A stretch of DNA of 64,000 nucleotides from Dudresnaya verticillata (lineage: Eukaryota), in the NCBI GenBank assembly GCA_977862235.1, contig OZ374560.1, forward strand, positions 2,790,001-2,854,000. The letters are read 5' to 3'. Below are positions 1 to 11,316 of this stretch, piece by piece (position 1 is the stretch's first letter; every line of letters begins with the position of its first letter). Below the pieces are notes generated by a model. That model was not told the DNA's origin and made no database searches. It saw only the letters and a list, made by a program, of their open reading frames with translations. The position numbers and the translations under genes are program-made.

Positions 1-3000
1 CCTTCGAAGAAGAGAGGTTTCTTGGGTCGTCCCAGGCCAGCTCGCGTGGCGAGAATGGTCTGGCAGAAGTCATCGTTTTTCTGGCCCTCTATTATTTCAG
101 TCTGTGTTACTGGTGTTGGGAGAGTCTCTGCTGTCTTCCCTTCCATTTGTGCACGACTGAAAACTTCCGCTCGGCCATAGTCCGTATAATCGGCCATCAA
201 ATGTTCCTCCTCCCAGGCGTCGACATCATCGTCCCGTTCTCTCCTGTCGGCCATATTAGTTTCTCGATTTCTCCGGGCCCGCGTGGTCGTGAGAATAGAG
301 GGGGTACCGTCCAATACAGGTACAGTATCATCTATTGGCCGTGCATCTCCGCTCTCTTGCGGGGCGACCAAGCGGGACAAGGCATCGGGGACTTGGTTCT
401 TACGGCCCGGTTTATACTCAATCACAAAGTCGAACTCGGCCAGACGTAATCTCCATCTTGTAAGACGGCCAGACGAATCAGTGAGCGACATCAACCAACG
501 GAGGGCATCATGGTCCGTACGGACTGTGAACTTGGTACCTTCAACATATGGCCATAATGATGTAATTGTCCACACCACTGACAAACACTCGCGCTCAGTG
601 GCCGAATAGTTTTTCTCGGCCGACGTAAGGGAACGAGACCAATATCCCACGGGGTGGTACGTCTCGTCCTCTTGTTCTTGGAGCAAGACGCATCCAATCT
701 GGTATGCGCTGGCATCAGTCTCGATCACATATGGCCGGCCGTATCTAGGTAAGGCCAGAATCGGCGGCGAGACGAGAGCAGCCTTCAGTTTCTCGAAGCT
801 CTGACGTTGTTCCTCTGTTGGCCGTTCGAAGTCTGGCTCGGCATCCTTGCACAACATGCGCGTAAGTGGCCGTGCGATACTGGAATATTTGGCCACAAAT
901 CTTCGGTAGACATTGCAAGCTCCCAAGAAGGACCGAAGTTCTGTAAGGGATCCTGGAAACTCGGCTTCTTGTATTGCCTTGGTACCCTGCATGGCCATAC
1001 TTAGTTTTCCGGGGGTCACTACATGACCCAGATAATCTACTTTGGCCTGAAAGAAGGAACACTTCTTCAACTTCAACGTAATGCCGGCCGCCTTCAACAA
1101 GGTTAAGACCTCGTCTAGATGGCCAAGATGATCCTCCACATTCTTGGAGAACACGATGACATCGTCCAGATAGATGAGGCAGATCTGCCATCGGACACCA
1201 GAGAGAACTATGTCAAGCGCGCGCTGAAATGTGGCCGGTGCGTTCTTCAAGCCAAATGGCATTCGATTGTACCTGAATGTTCCCAAGTGAGAGGTGAAGG
1301 CCGTCTTATCCTTGTCCTCCTCGGCCACTGGTATTTGCCAATATCCGGAGTTACAGTCCAAGGTTGAAAACACGGCCGCATCCCCAAGGGAGTCTATGCA
1401 ATCGTCCATGCGCGGGAGCGGGTATGCGTCACCAACTGTCTTCGCATTGAGTCGGCGATAGTCGACACAGAAGCGGAGGGTGCCATCCTTCTTCGGCACC
1501 ATGACAATTGGCGAGGCCCATTCTACGTGCGATGGCTCTATAACTCCGGCCTCCAACTGCTTCTTAATATCGGCCTCTGCGATCGCGCGTAACGCTGGAC
1601 CCTGTCGATAGGGCATCGCTCTTATTGGCCGGGTTCCATCTTCCAAGTCTATCCGATGTTCGGTGGCCATGATCTGTCCCAAGGAACCGTCCCACATTGC
1701 ACTGTGTTTCTCTAGGATGGCCATTATCTTTTCGCGTTGTTTCTTGTCCGGAATATGATCAAGTTTGATCTTATCCCGACATTCTTGTGCCTATTGTCTA
1801 GGTACCTTTGGTTCCGAAGGCTCACCTCTTTCTTGGCCAGATTCTTCTACTTCTACTTGACTACTATCCTGATCCACATGTGGAGTAAGCCCAAGTACAC
1901 TGGCCATATTCTCCACACTCCGTCCGTGTGGCGTCAGGATTGCCATGGGGTGGCGGACGGCATAGCCGACCACGGTACCCTTTGGCAGTAAGACATCCCT
2001 TCTTCCCCAGTTGGCCAGCATTACCTGGAATGGTTTCTGCGGCCGAACCTCGGCAACTCCATTGGCCATCCGCGCATGGTGTCGAAAGCTCAAAGAATGT
2101 TTGGGTTCCAACACACATAACCCGCGGCCATCACTGCGAACAGACACGGTGGCTTGTTGACCAGCCCGTATGGTCAGACCTTTCGTCAAGCGTACAGTGG
2201 CCGCGTAGTGTCGCTGTGTCTTGCGCTCCGTACTGGCCGGATTGGAATTACCCGGAGGCGGGGCTCCCTTCGCAGCGGTTGGCTCTGCCCCGAGAGCCAT
2301 CGAAGTGCTGTCGGGTAACAAAGGAAGGACGTCACCGCGCACTAGGTGCACGGTCTGTCCAAGGCACTGAATGGTATCCACGTGCATGTTCAGAAACGCC
2401 GTACCCAACAAAACGGGTACGGCAAAGCGAAGGTCGGCGATAAGGAACGGCACTCGATATGAGTGACGTCCTAAGCGCACGACCAAGGAAACGGCCCCTC
2501 TAAAATGAATCGGCCGTTGGTTGGCGTCCCCCAGAAGAGGAGGTGATGTCAACGTAAGTGCGTTGTCCTTCCAATTGGGAGGCAACGCATCCAACCGGAT
2601 GATGTTCCAACTCGAGCACGTGTCTAAGACAATTGGCCCGGGTAACAAGGCGGACAGAGTGAGTCCGAATGAACCCGAAGGGGTATAGTTGGCCCCACCC
2701 AGGATGCAGACCATACCTTGTGATGAAACACTGGCCAGTTGGGATTCTTCTTTCTGTTCGTCGTTCGATGATTTGCAGCCACTCTTTGGCAAAGAACCCC
2801 CATTGTTTGTGGGGGTGGATGATGATGTAGTATGGCCAGACCTCCAGGGCGGTGACCACACCAGACCGTTTGATGAAAATGGGCAGTGGTAGGTCAAATC
2901 ATGGGTTGACCAAACCTGGATTGGCGTTGCCATACGCCATGCAATGGCTAACAAAGAAGAAAAATGGAGATGACTAAAAGGAAATAACTTAACTGAAACG

Positions 3001-3071
3001 AGACTAGCCGGTTTTGGGACGTGTACGGGCAACGGGATCACGACCGAAGATCTCGGCCCGGCTAGTTTCCC
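1..3071 (-). pseudogene. pol: Gypsy pol (protease-RT-RNase H) with one in-frame TAG at 1791-1793 and a degenerate protease site (LDTC instead of LDTG)
   Basis: ORF 1791-3041 continues in frame after the TAG: ...WASPIVMVPKKDGTLRFCVDYRRLN...MPFGLKNAPATFQR...CLIYLDDVIVF...ETDASAYQIG...RTDHDALRWL, read through to base 3. Confidence 0.92.
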
Positions 3072-5401
3072 GATGCCAACGAAGAATTATCGGACTCCAT
3101 ATCGGCCACCACTTCATCCAATGGATGTTCTTGCGTAGTGACTAACGTGGCCTGCCGATTCCCACGGTTCGAAGATGATTGTTGTGGCCGTCGGAGTATT
3201 CCCTGAGGGGGAGGGCGTCCCCTTCCATCCCCAAAGGAGACATTCCTTTGGTCGGGGCGGTAGCCTCGACCACCTCGGCCAGCAAACTGTTCGGGGTGCC
3301 ATCTAGCGAATTCATCTCGGAAGCGGAAGTTACGTATGGCAAACAAGTTCCTGATGGCCAGTGGTAAGTACACACAAGTGTACAAATCATGGCCCCATTC
3401 GCGACAACCCCAACAACGGGCACTGGTTTTGTCACTGCGTAGCATAATAGCGACTTTGGCCAGCTCATCCGACGTTAACGTCGGAGGTTTCCGGAGTGGG
3501 TCCGGGGTATTACCCCCGGACACCGACCCTGCAGGTGACGGCGTGGTCGGCGTGATCGTCGGTGTTTGCTGAGCACCATTCTGGCCAGGGGTAATGGCCA
3601 TAACCGGTATGGTGTCAAACGGATCATCATAGTTGGCCGCTATATCCTCGGGCTCCGCCTGCCAAGCAGGTTCGGCCGCAAGGGTAGGGATGACCAACGC
3701 ACTTCGAGAACTGGCCGAACTTGTTTTGGGACGTGCAGAAGCCAAGTAGGCTCTGTGTGTCTCCCCTTCGTCGATGGCGATACGGCGCACCGTCGAGAAG
3801 TCCTTCTCCTCCGGCCGCATCTGCATAAGTTTCTCAGCTACGGCCGAACGAGTGGTCGAAGGTAAACCCCTCACATAATGGTTGATCAGGGTGTTCTCCG
3901 AGAAGACATCGGCGCACGACAGCGCCGCATCCCCCAACCGGTCGGCGAATTCTGCTTCTGTCTCGGTGTCTTTCTGTTTGCTTCTGACCACTTTGTCGAA
4001 CGCAGCGGCCAGAACATCTTCGGTGCAGTAGCGCTTGATGAGAGCGTGGACTAAGTGTGGCCAGCTGATTTGTGAAAATCCACTCATCGGAAAGATGGAG
4101 TGTACTGACCTTATACCACGGGACACCCGGCCAGAATAGAACCTCTTCGCATCACCGGCCGTAAAGAAGGCCAGAAGACGCAAAGCGGCCCCTTCGTGGA
4201 CGTTTGTCCCGTCACAGGCATCCTTGAACTCCTTGAGGAAGGACAGGAGCTCAATCGGACGTCGGCCATCAAATGGGTTCATCTGCGGGAACAAGTTCCG
4301 GATTTGGCGAGTCATCCGGGACAAGCGCCGCGCATCCTCCATAGTCATCGTTGGCCGAGTATCCAACAGGCGGTGGGTTCGGTAGTCCACCACCCATCGG
4401 AAGGGTTCTTGGACGGTCTTGAGAGGCTCTAGACCTGGTTCCATTGGCCCTATCATCGCGACAGGAAGACCTGTTTCATCCAACTGGCCAGTGTATCCCA
4501 TGGAAGGTTCCCCTGCATCAACTGGCCCCGAAGGTCCAACTAAAGCAGGCCGTGGGGCGGCACCACTGTTCTGAGTGTTGCCCTCTTGCGGTGGTACCCC
4601 TTCTCCAGGAATATTTGGCCGAGCCTTGTCAGGATGCGACAAGGATGTTATCTCATCTTGCAACTTATCCAGTTGCTTCTGCACTGCTGCTACCGGTTCA
4701 CCCACCTGCGGTGCCAAGACTGGTAGGTTGGCCGGTGTTATCCGAGCGGACTCGGACCTTGTCTGGCCAGGAGGAGCAGGGAGTTTCCCCTTCCCGTCGG
4801 AAGAGAAAACGGCCTTCTCAACCTTTTCCAGACGCTCATCATAACGTTCTGCTATGGCCGTAAGTGCACCGTCTAGAATGACGGAGTGTATCTCCTGGCG
4901 AAGCTGCTGGTCCCTAATCAGAGCCGTGGTGGACATCTTGACTTGCATCTCGCCAAACTGGTTCTTTACCTCTTGCTGCCACTCGGCCGTACGTCGCTTA
5001 TACTGGTAGAACTCTTGCCGGCCCAACCAAACGTCGTGTTCTGGCTGGGAATCATCATCAACTGGAGGTGGACGAAGATTGGCAGGAGCGGCCAGCGGGG
5101 TCATCGGCGGCGCTGTGGCCGCCGGTGGCGTGCGCCACGGCGAGACCGGTGGGGCTGTCCGCGGCAGTGCCTCATTACGGACGGCACCTGCTGTGGAAGC
5201 TGACCCTGCTCGTCCAACTGTCGGAGGAATGAACTGGCCAGCCGATAACGGGGCCGGAGGAGCTGGTGTTGGCCCCGATAACGGTGGATACAGGCCAGGA
5301 GCAGGGGGTGGGCCTATGGGAGCTCCCAACGTGGAGGGAGGCGGAGCCGAGTCTTGTAAGGACTGCGGTTGTCCGCCTGCCTGTGAAGAAGAAGAAGACA
5401 T
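3062..5401 (-). CDS. gag: Gypsy Gag (779 aa)
   Basis: Pro-rich N-terminus, capsid-like region (FDGRRP...QKDTETEAEFADRL...YVRGLP) and zinc knuckle CWGCREWGHDLYTC. Lies directly upstream of pol. Confidence 0.9.
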   Translation of the reverse strand: MSSSSSQAGGQPQSLQDSAPPPSTLGAPIGPPPAPGLYPPLSGPTPAPPAPLSAGQFIPPTVGRAGSASTAGAVRNEALPRTAPPVSPWRTPPAATAPPMTPLAAPANLRPPPVDDDSQPEHDVWLGRQEFYQYKRRTAEWQQEVKNQFGEMQVKMSTTALIRDQQLRQEIHSVILDGALTAIAERYDERLEKVEKAVFSSDGKGKLPAPPGQTRSESARITPANLPVLAPQVGEPVAAVQKQLDKLQDEITSLSHPDKARPNIPGEGVPPQEGNTQNSGAAPRPALVGPSGPVDAGEPSMGYTGQLDETGLPVAMIGPMEPGLEPLKTVQEPFRWVVDYRTHRLLDTRPTMTMEDARRLSRMTRQIRNLFPQMNPFDGRRPIELLSFLKEFKDACDGTNVHEGAALRLLAFFTAGDAKRFYSGRVSRGIRSVHSIFPMSGFSQISWPHLVHALIKRYCTEDVLAAAFDKVVRSKQKDTETEAEFADRLGDAALSCADVFSENTLINHYVRGLPSTTRSAVAEKLMQMRPEEKDFSTVRRIAIDEGETHRAYLASARPKTSSASSRSALVIPTLAAEPAWQAEPEDIAANYDDPFDTIPVMAITPGQNGAQQTPTITPTTPSPAGSVSGGNTPDPLRKPPTLTSDELAKVAIMLRSDKTSARCWGCREWGHDLYTCVYLPLAIRNLFAIRNFRFRDEFARWHPEQFAGRGGRGYRPDQRNVSFGDGRGRPPPQGILRRPQQSSSNRGNRQATLVTTQEHPLDEVVADMESDNSSLASGN

Positions 5402-6251
5402 GACGAAGTACTTCGGAGACTGATTGGCCAGATACTTCTAGCGATTCGTGGCCACCCCGTGGCCGACGTGTGCAAAGTGGCCTTCCTGGGAACCACACTG
5501 TCGTGTGCAAAACACAGGGGTGGGAACGGACGATTCCGAGCTAATAGTCCCTATACTAAGGGCCGGACACTGCCGTGTGCAAAGCTCCCTGTGCTGGGAA
5601 CGAACCAGCGAGTGTGCAAAGTGGCCAACCTGGGAACGAACCAAGCGACGGGTATCTGGCCTGTGACCTAGACTGTGGCCACAGAAACGGGTTGAAGTAA
5701 ACTGACAATCAGATTGCGGAACCGGGTAGTTACTAACCCGCAATCTGCAACTTGCGGGGTTTGGCCACCACAGTAGCGAGGAAGAAACTGGCCGTCGTCG
5801 ACTACGGCCAGCTACTCGAGTCTTCTAACGGAGAATTACGGCCGAAATCACAACTGATCTTCTAGGTCGGGAGACCAGTGTAGTATCTCTAGAGCACCAC
5901 CGCGTACGGCAGCCCAACGAGACCCCAAGAAGACCACAAAGACCTGTCGGATTTGACCAAAACTGGCCAGAACGTAGAGCGGACCTGCGCGCCGGTAGCA
6001 AGCGTGGTAGAGCGGGAGCGCGCAGACGAAGTCGTGGCCAGTATCCGTGATGAGGACGGAAAATGGCCAAGTCGGGGGTTCAGTTGCTAACTTTACTCCC
6101 AACCTCTGGCGGGACGGCTTCGTACCTTTTTCGGCTTAGCCTTAGTGTGTGGCCAGCTAAGTAGGCCCAAAATTGGCCATCAGAGCTAATCTAGAGCTAT
6201 TCTACAGTTAGTGGCCGAGGTTACTCCGGTCGGCCATAATATCTACTTGTG

Positions 6252-6267
6252 TTCCGGCGTCGGGCCA
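6252..6267 (-). promoter_or_regulatory. Putative primer-binding site
   Basis: Minus strand reads LTR end ...TACAACA, one base, then TGGCCCGACGCCGGAA, starting with TGG complementary to tRNA CCA. Cognate tRNA not identified. Confidence 0.7.
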
Positions 6268-6268
6268 A

Positions 6269-6642
6269 TGTTGTACCCTTACCAGACTAAACCAAGTACT
6301 TGTTCGTTAGTGGTTGGCCAAATGAGTTAGATTTTCCCTTGATTTTTCCACTGTCTTCCCTTTGATTCACCTTGCGGCCAAATCCAATTTCCATTTGTGT
6401 CCTGGCCGAGAACCGGATCATACGTGTACAGCGGGCCACGTGGTGCGCTTCAGTGTCGTAGGTGGCCACGTGTGAGCCACGTGTACAGTCGGTGGCCACG
6501 TATCATACTTGCGCGCGCTCACCGCCGTCCGCGCGCCGACGGCGCAACTTCATTGGCCAAGTGTCTTCGTTTGGTTGGGCTGATAGTACAGTTGGCCCGT
6601 CGATTTGCTTCCTTTCGGCGGCCCCCTTGCCGTTGCACCACA
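6269..6642 (-). repeat. 5' LTR (374 bp) of the minus-strand Gypsy element
   Basis: Minus-strand termini TGTGGT...ACAACA (TG...CA with imperfect inverted ends). Adjacent to the PBS, and integrase-coding sequence of another element starts right after 6642. Confidence 0.75.
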
Positions 6643-8009
6643 CCGTAGACAGCGGTCTGCTGCGCTTACGTGTGCTCATCGCCGCACACACCGGACGAGG
6701 AGGACACCGCGGTATCGCACCGACTAAGGCAATCGTGCACGAACACTTCCGCTGGACGTCAATGGCTAAGGACGTGGAGGCATTCGTGAAAACGTGCCTG
6801 CATTGCCTCTGCACCGCGTCAGGAAGGACAATCCCGAGACCCATGGGGTACAGTCTACATGCCGACGGTCCTAACAAGATCTTGCACTTCGACTTCTGCT
6901 ACATTGGCAAGAGCGACAAGGCGTTTCTGTACGTGCTGATCCTGAAGGACGACTTTAGCTCCTTCGTTTGGCTTTTCCCTTTCGAGGCCGCAGACGCCTC
7001 GTCGACAGTGGACGCCCTGATGGAATGGTTCTCCTCATTCGGGGTCGTCCTACAGTGGGTATCCGACCGGGGACCCCATTTCAAGAACGAAGTCGTAGCA
7101 GGACTCAGCAAGAAGCTGCGAGGCTCTCAACACTTCACACTCCCATACTGTCCATGGACTAATGGTACAATAGAGGTGGTTTGCCGGGAACTTATGCGCG
7201 TTCTTAGAGCCCTCACGTCTGAGTTCCAAATACCTTTCAAGTCGTGGCGGTCCGTGCGGCCACTTGTGCAGGCAGTCCTAAACAACACGCCTCTGGCCCG
7301 CCTTAAAGGCAGATGCCCGCTCACGGCATTCACTGGCCTGCCAGCGGATACACCCTTAAGAGCAATCAAGACAGAAGTAAGGGGAGAGATCCAAATGCTG
7401 GACATAGAAGAGATACGAATTAAGCAAGTCATTAAGATCGAGGAGTTGGCGCGCGGCCTGGATCACATGCATCGAGAAGTGACCGAGCGATCTACAAAGG
7501 CTCGTGAAGCGCGCGTAGACAAGCACAATGCTCGCACGCGAGTGCGGAGGTGCAACTTCGACATCGGAGACTTTGTACTAAGAAGCAGCACTGAGAAGAC
7601 ATTTACTAGGAAGCTCTCGTTCCGCTGGCGAGGACCATACAGGGTTACGAAGGTTCTTTCGGATTTCCTCTTCCAAGTAGAAGACCTGAGGTCTACGAAG
7701 AAATCTACCGTCCATGGCACGCGTCTCAAGTTCTTCCGCAACAAAGACTTGGACGTCACGACCGAGGTCCTGGAGCAGCTTGCTTTTCAAGACGGCGAGT
7801 ACTGTGTTGTAGACAAGATCCTGGACATAAGGATTCACGAGGGAGAAACCCAGCTCCTCGTCGAATGGAAAGGTTTCACCGACGAGGGGCCGGCCTGGGA
7901 GGCATTTACCGTCATGCAAGAAGAAGTCCCTGCCTTGGTTACAGATTTCCTGGCAGACATCAAAGACAATGGCACGGCTAGGCAGAAGCGAATCGCCAAG
8001 CACTGCTAG
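6643..8009 (+). pseudogene. Chromovirus-type Gypsy integrase + chromodomain, cut off at its 5' side by the nested element
   Basis: HHCC finger (AAHTGRGGHRG...CLHC), DDE core (HFDF / VSDRG / TIE), WRGPY motif and chromodomain (YCVVDKILD...LVEWKGF...WE). Confidence 0.93.
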
Positions 8010-8049
8010 ATTTATCATCCTACAACCAGCTCAGTGTATACATCACTGG

Positions 8050-8456
8050 CTGTGGGGGGCTGTTATCCCGCTGTGGCACACAGCGGGCACTGTAGTTGAC
8101 GCGGACAACGTTAGATGGCAGCCAGATCATCTGGTATGATAGCAAACCCGTCAGTCAAGATAGGACGCATGATTTGGCGCAATTATGCGACAATAATCGC
8201 GGGAAGCCGTTTGCACGCCAGCGCGGCGCGGACGAGGGCCGACGGCGGGTTCGAGCGGCTCCCGCCTTGACAGAAGGCCTATATAAACCTGCTCCACTCC
8301 AGTCGAGGGGTGGGGGCAACCAGCACGGTGCCCACCAGACTTGCCAGCGCCCGAGCGCCTCTTCCCAGATCCCTACAGTGCCAACCGGGCTCCGGTCGCC
8401 ACAGGGCACGCACGCGATCGCCGCGCCGCACAGTACCCATCAATAAAGGTCTCCTC
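8050..8456 (+). repeat. PPT-like tract and truncated 3' LTR of the chromovirus
   Basis: GGGGGG tract immediately before TGTTAT at 8061, TATATAAA near 8280 and AATAAA at 8442. The sequence switches into the duplicated block at 8457 with no terminal CA. Confidence 0.65.
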
Positions 8457-9129
8457 CTGGAAGATAGCGAATATTGTTACACAGGCGATTGAGCTGAACC
8501 AGGGGCATAACCAGCGCCTGAAAAGGTGACGGGTAATGACAGAAACGATAAACAAGCGCGTTGGACTTCTGCCAGAACACAATACAGGAAACGCTATTTC
8601 TCTACGGCGCGAGAGAGAGACCTTTCTCTAAGGCGTTAGAATACTTGTGAATATTTGTCATGTCGTTTCTATGCTTGTTTCAGGATGGGTAGTATTGATG
8701 AGAGCTCATCATCTCTAAAGAGACAAGTGCCACAGGAGGTGAAAGTACAATGTACCTCGTGGGTGTAGAAAAGATGTTTAAGACAAGAGCCCAACTTTTA
8801 TGCTGTATACTAAGTGTTGTGAATCGCAACTACTATTTTTGATAATCACAACTCGTATCAAATGAATCGCAACTACTAATTTTTGTTAACCACAACCCGT
8901 ATCAATAGAACAGAATGACATTTCGAGGAACGAAGAGGACCATGTAGGAGGAGACGGAAGCAGCGAGAGGTCCCAGGGTGAACGGTTACGTCTGCCACCC
9001 GTCGGAACGTACCAGCAAATTCATGAGCTCCGCTGCGGTTTGGTACATAGCCGCACACAGCCGCCACCCACACCTGATACACCCACTCACCGATCCATGC
9101 GTGCCGCCACTCGTCCCTTCGAGCTTCTA

Positions 9130-9793
9130 ACAGCATATACGGGATTTTGCGTCTCAGGAGACGAGAAACTGTCTAAACATCTCACGTGGAAATATCTTTC
9201 AAACTCACTGGGACGAGGTCGTCGCCCTCGAAGCGAATTATGTGTTCCAGGCCGTACGCATCGGAAGTCTCGAGACCAAAAGCATTAAAGAAAGTGTGGC
9301 GAATACGATGGCCATTGCTCGTCTCGCGCATGCGAGCGACCATGGTCTCACCACTGGCCTGTCCAAACAGTTTGTAGGCTCTGCCTTGCTGTTCACACTT
9401 GCTCGCCCTGGAAGCTGAAGCGAGAGCCGTCAAAGCCAAACATTTCTGGATTCTTCGAGGCGAAAGCCATGCAGAAGGCCCGGATGCCGATGCTCTTAAA
9501 GTCGCATTCGTAGCGGAGCACGGCGTCAATTTTCAAGGGGACAATCTGCGTACTGGTTCAGCAGGAGAAGCCACACGGGTGATCGCCAGCGCAGGGGTCC
9601 GTGAGGCATCGCGCTTTCGGCTGGTCGCGGCACGCGTTTTCCGTGGCGCGGCGTTCGGTGAAAGTTGCCAGCCGGGTGGCACGCTGTCAAGTGCACGAGC
9701 AGCTACTAGTGTGTCGGGTGCGAGCGGTCCCCCACAGCAAATATACTGGGATAAGGAGGTAAAAGAAACAATCGATAGGGGGGTGCCGTCCAT
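9130..9793 (-). pseudogene. Decayed paralog of the Cys-rich/VWD-like secreted protein at 34246-35282
   Basis: Across frames: TSSCSC...ARCLTDPC...AFCMAFASKNPEMFGFDGSRFSFQGE and YKLFGQASGETMVARMRETSNGHRIRHTFFNAFGL. Contains stops, frameshifts and an internal deletion. Confidence 0.75.
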
Positions 9794-10447
9794 CTTCTCT
9801 GTGGCGGTGGTCGTGGGTGCTGGTTGATGTAAAAAGGTGGGTGCGAAGCGAGGTCGGTTCTTGTTCTTTAATAAAGGTCTCTCCTCCTCGGTTGAAAGTG
9901 GTACATACGGGCTGCAGCAAGGACGAGATTCGTGTTCCGTTTTGCTGTTTGTCGAAGGGGAGATCTTTTCGGAAGGCAGTACGGCCATTAACAATAATGG
10001 TTTAACGCGGAAACAATAACAAGAGTGTTTTGTAAGCGCGTTCAAGCCATTTTCTGACTCCGCCTGGGTTCTATGTATAGCCTGTACCTTGGTACAATCT
10101 CAAATGTTCAACAGCCAGCCTTGTAAATATGGACAGGACACCGAGCTGAGCTTCGATGTCAATAGACAAGGACGAAATAGAAATCAGACACACTACCGGT
10201 AGTAAAGCAAGCAACAACCCGGCAGTAATGGCACACACCCGCGACATTTTCAAGGCCTTGTTCTTCCACGTTCGCCATATTCAGTGTCTCTACAGGATCT
10301 GTACAGGAAGCACATGCCTAATTGCACTCGACTCGTTCTACCGGTCAGATCTTGGTCGTACACGTACCCGTCAGATCTTGGTCGTACAGGGATTTTATTA
10401 GTATTAACCTGCAAAGTCGCGAGAACGCGAGAACAAGTACAAAGATG

Positions 10448-10864
10448 TTAACTTGCAAACTCGCGAGAGAACTTTTCTGCTGCTCTTGTTGAAAACTGAG
10501 TATGGGTCTCTCCACGGACATCGTTCCGAATACCGATATATCCTGTGACTTTCGCAAGTGTCTCCATTACCTCCGTCACTGGAACCTTCTTCTGCCGTTC
10601 GTGGTCTAAAAGGTGATTATCTTCAAATGCACGCCGAAACCGTTCGTCATATGGAAGCTGCTTGTTCTTGCAGTCTTCCACCTGGAGTTGGTAGAAAAGC
10701 GGGAATAGCACAGGTGACTGTGGCCTCTGCTTTCGCTCGAGAAATTCTGGCAGCTCCAACATCGGCCACTTGCGAGCCACAAACGACGGCGAAAGAATGA
10801 AAGCGGCAGCCTTACTGCCGCGAATTGCCGCTCGAATTTGCTCTTCGTTTGTACGTTCCGAAAC
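10448..10864 (-). pseudogene. Orphan TIR C-terminus of a Sel1-ROCO-TIR gene (type of 49278-52892)
   Basis: ...RAAIRGSKAAAFILSPSFVARKWPMLELPEF...EKFSREFAS*, nearly identical to 49278-49694 and cut at 10864. Confidence 0.92.
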
Positions 10865-11200
10865 TAGTTTATAGAAACTGAGAGGAGACCTTTACTAAAG
10901 AACAAGAGAGAAGCCCCTTAAGGGGGCTTAGGATTCAGAGCTACCATAAAGAGGCGGAGGAGCAAGTTTGCGGCGGTTGACACTCACCGCGACGCATTGG
11001 AGAACTAAAGAGAGTAAACGAGTAGTGAGGCGAAGTTTCTCCGTAGACGGAGAGGTCCCGCGCTTGCTAGCAATGAAATTAGCAATACGTTGGGCGCCAA
11101 TTTCAGAGCCAGATCCAACTCGGCCATAGACATCTACAACCATAGGATGGAGAACCATATCCAAACTAGCGCATACGCGGCGGTAATGTAATGAGAGCAT
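10865..11200 (-). mobile_element. 3' stub of an RLE-type (CRE/R2-group-like) non-LTR retrotransposon
   Basis: HYRRVC...LHPMVVDVYGRVG...GAQRIANF...LVLQCVAVSVNRRKL*, followed by the hairpin AAGCCCCTTAAGGGGGCTT (10911-10929). Homologous to the other stubs and to 53762-54600. Confidence 0.7.
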
Positions 11201-11281
11201 TTGACACGTTTGCGAGCTGCAATGGCTTGGCAAGCAACGCGACCAGTTATAGAAACTGCCAAATATTGATCCTCCATAAAC

Positions 11282-11316
11282 TCTAGCTTCATGCTTTCGT
11301 AAAGTGACGTTTACCC
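11282..11316 (-). mobile_element. 35-bp micro-insertion with 11-bp target-site duplication
   Basis: Minus strand: GTTTATGGAGG [GGGTAAACGTCACTTTACGAAAGCATGAAGCTAGA] GTTTATGGAGG. Same core at 46706-46736. Confidence 0.8.

Larger units (their letters stand above)
1..6642 (-). mobile_element. Ty3/Gypsy LTR retrotransposon, 5' part (LTR, PBS, gag, PR-RT-RNaseH); continues past the window start
   Basis: Minus-strand order is LTR (6269-6642), PBS, gag with CCHC knuckle, protease, RT (YLDD), RNase H (ETDAS, YWSR, TDH). PR is followed directly by RT-RH, i.e. Gypsy order. Confidence 0.95.
8457..10864. repeat. Segmental duplication, copy 1 (partner 47047-49694)
   Basis: Near-identical sequence from CTGGAAGATAGCGAATATTG to GTACGTTCCGAAAC in both places, same orientation, about 38.6 kb apart. 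Confidence 0.95.

Noticed and set aside
5468..5640. CRISPR-like array
   Set aside because: Only four degenerate units in a retrotransposon 5' UTR, with no unique spacers or cas genes, in a eukaryotic context.
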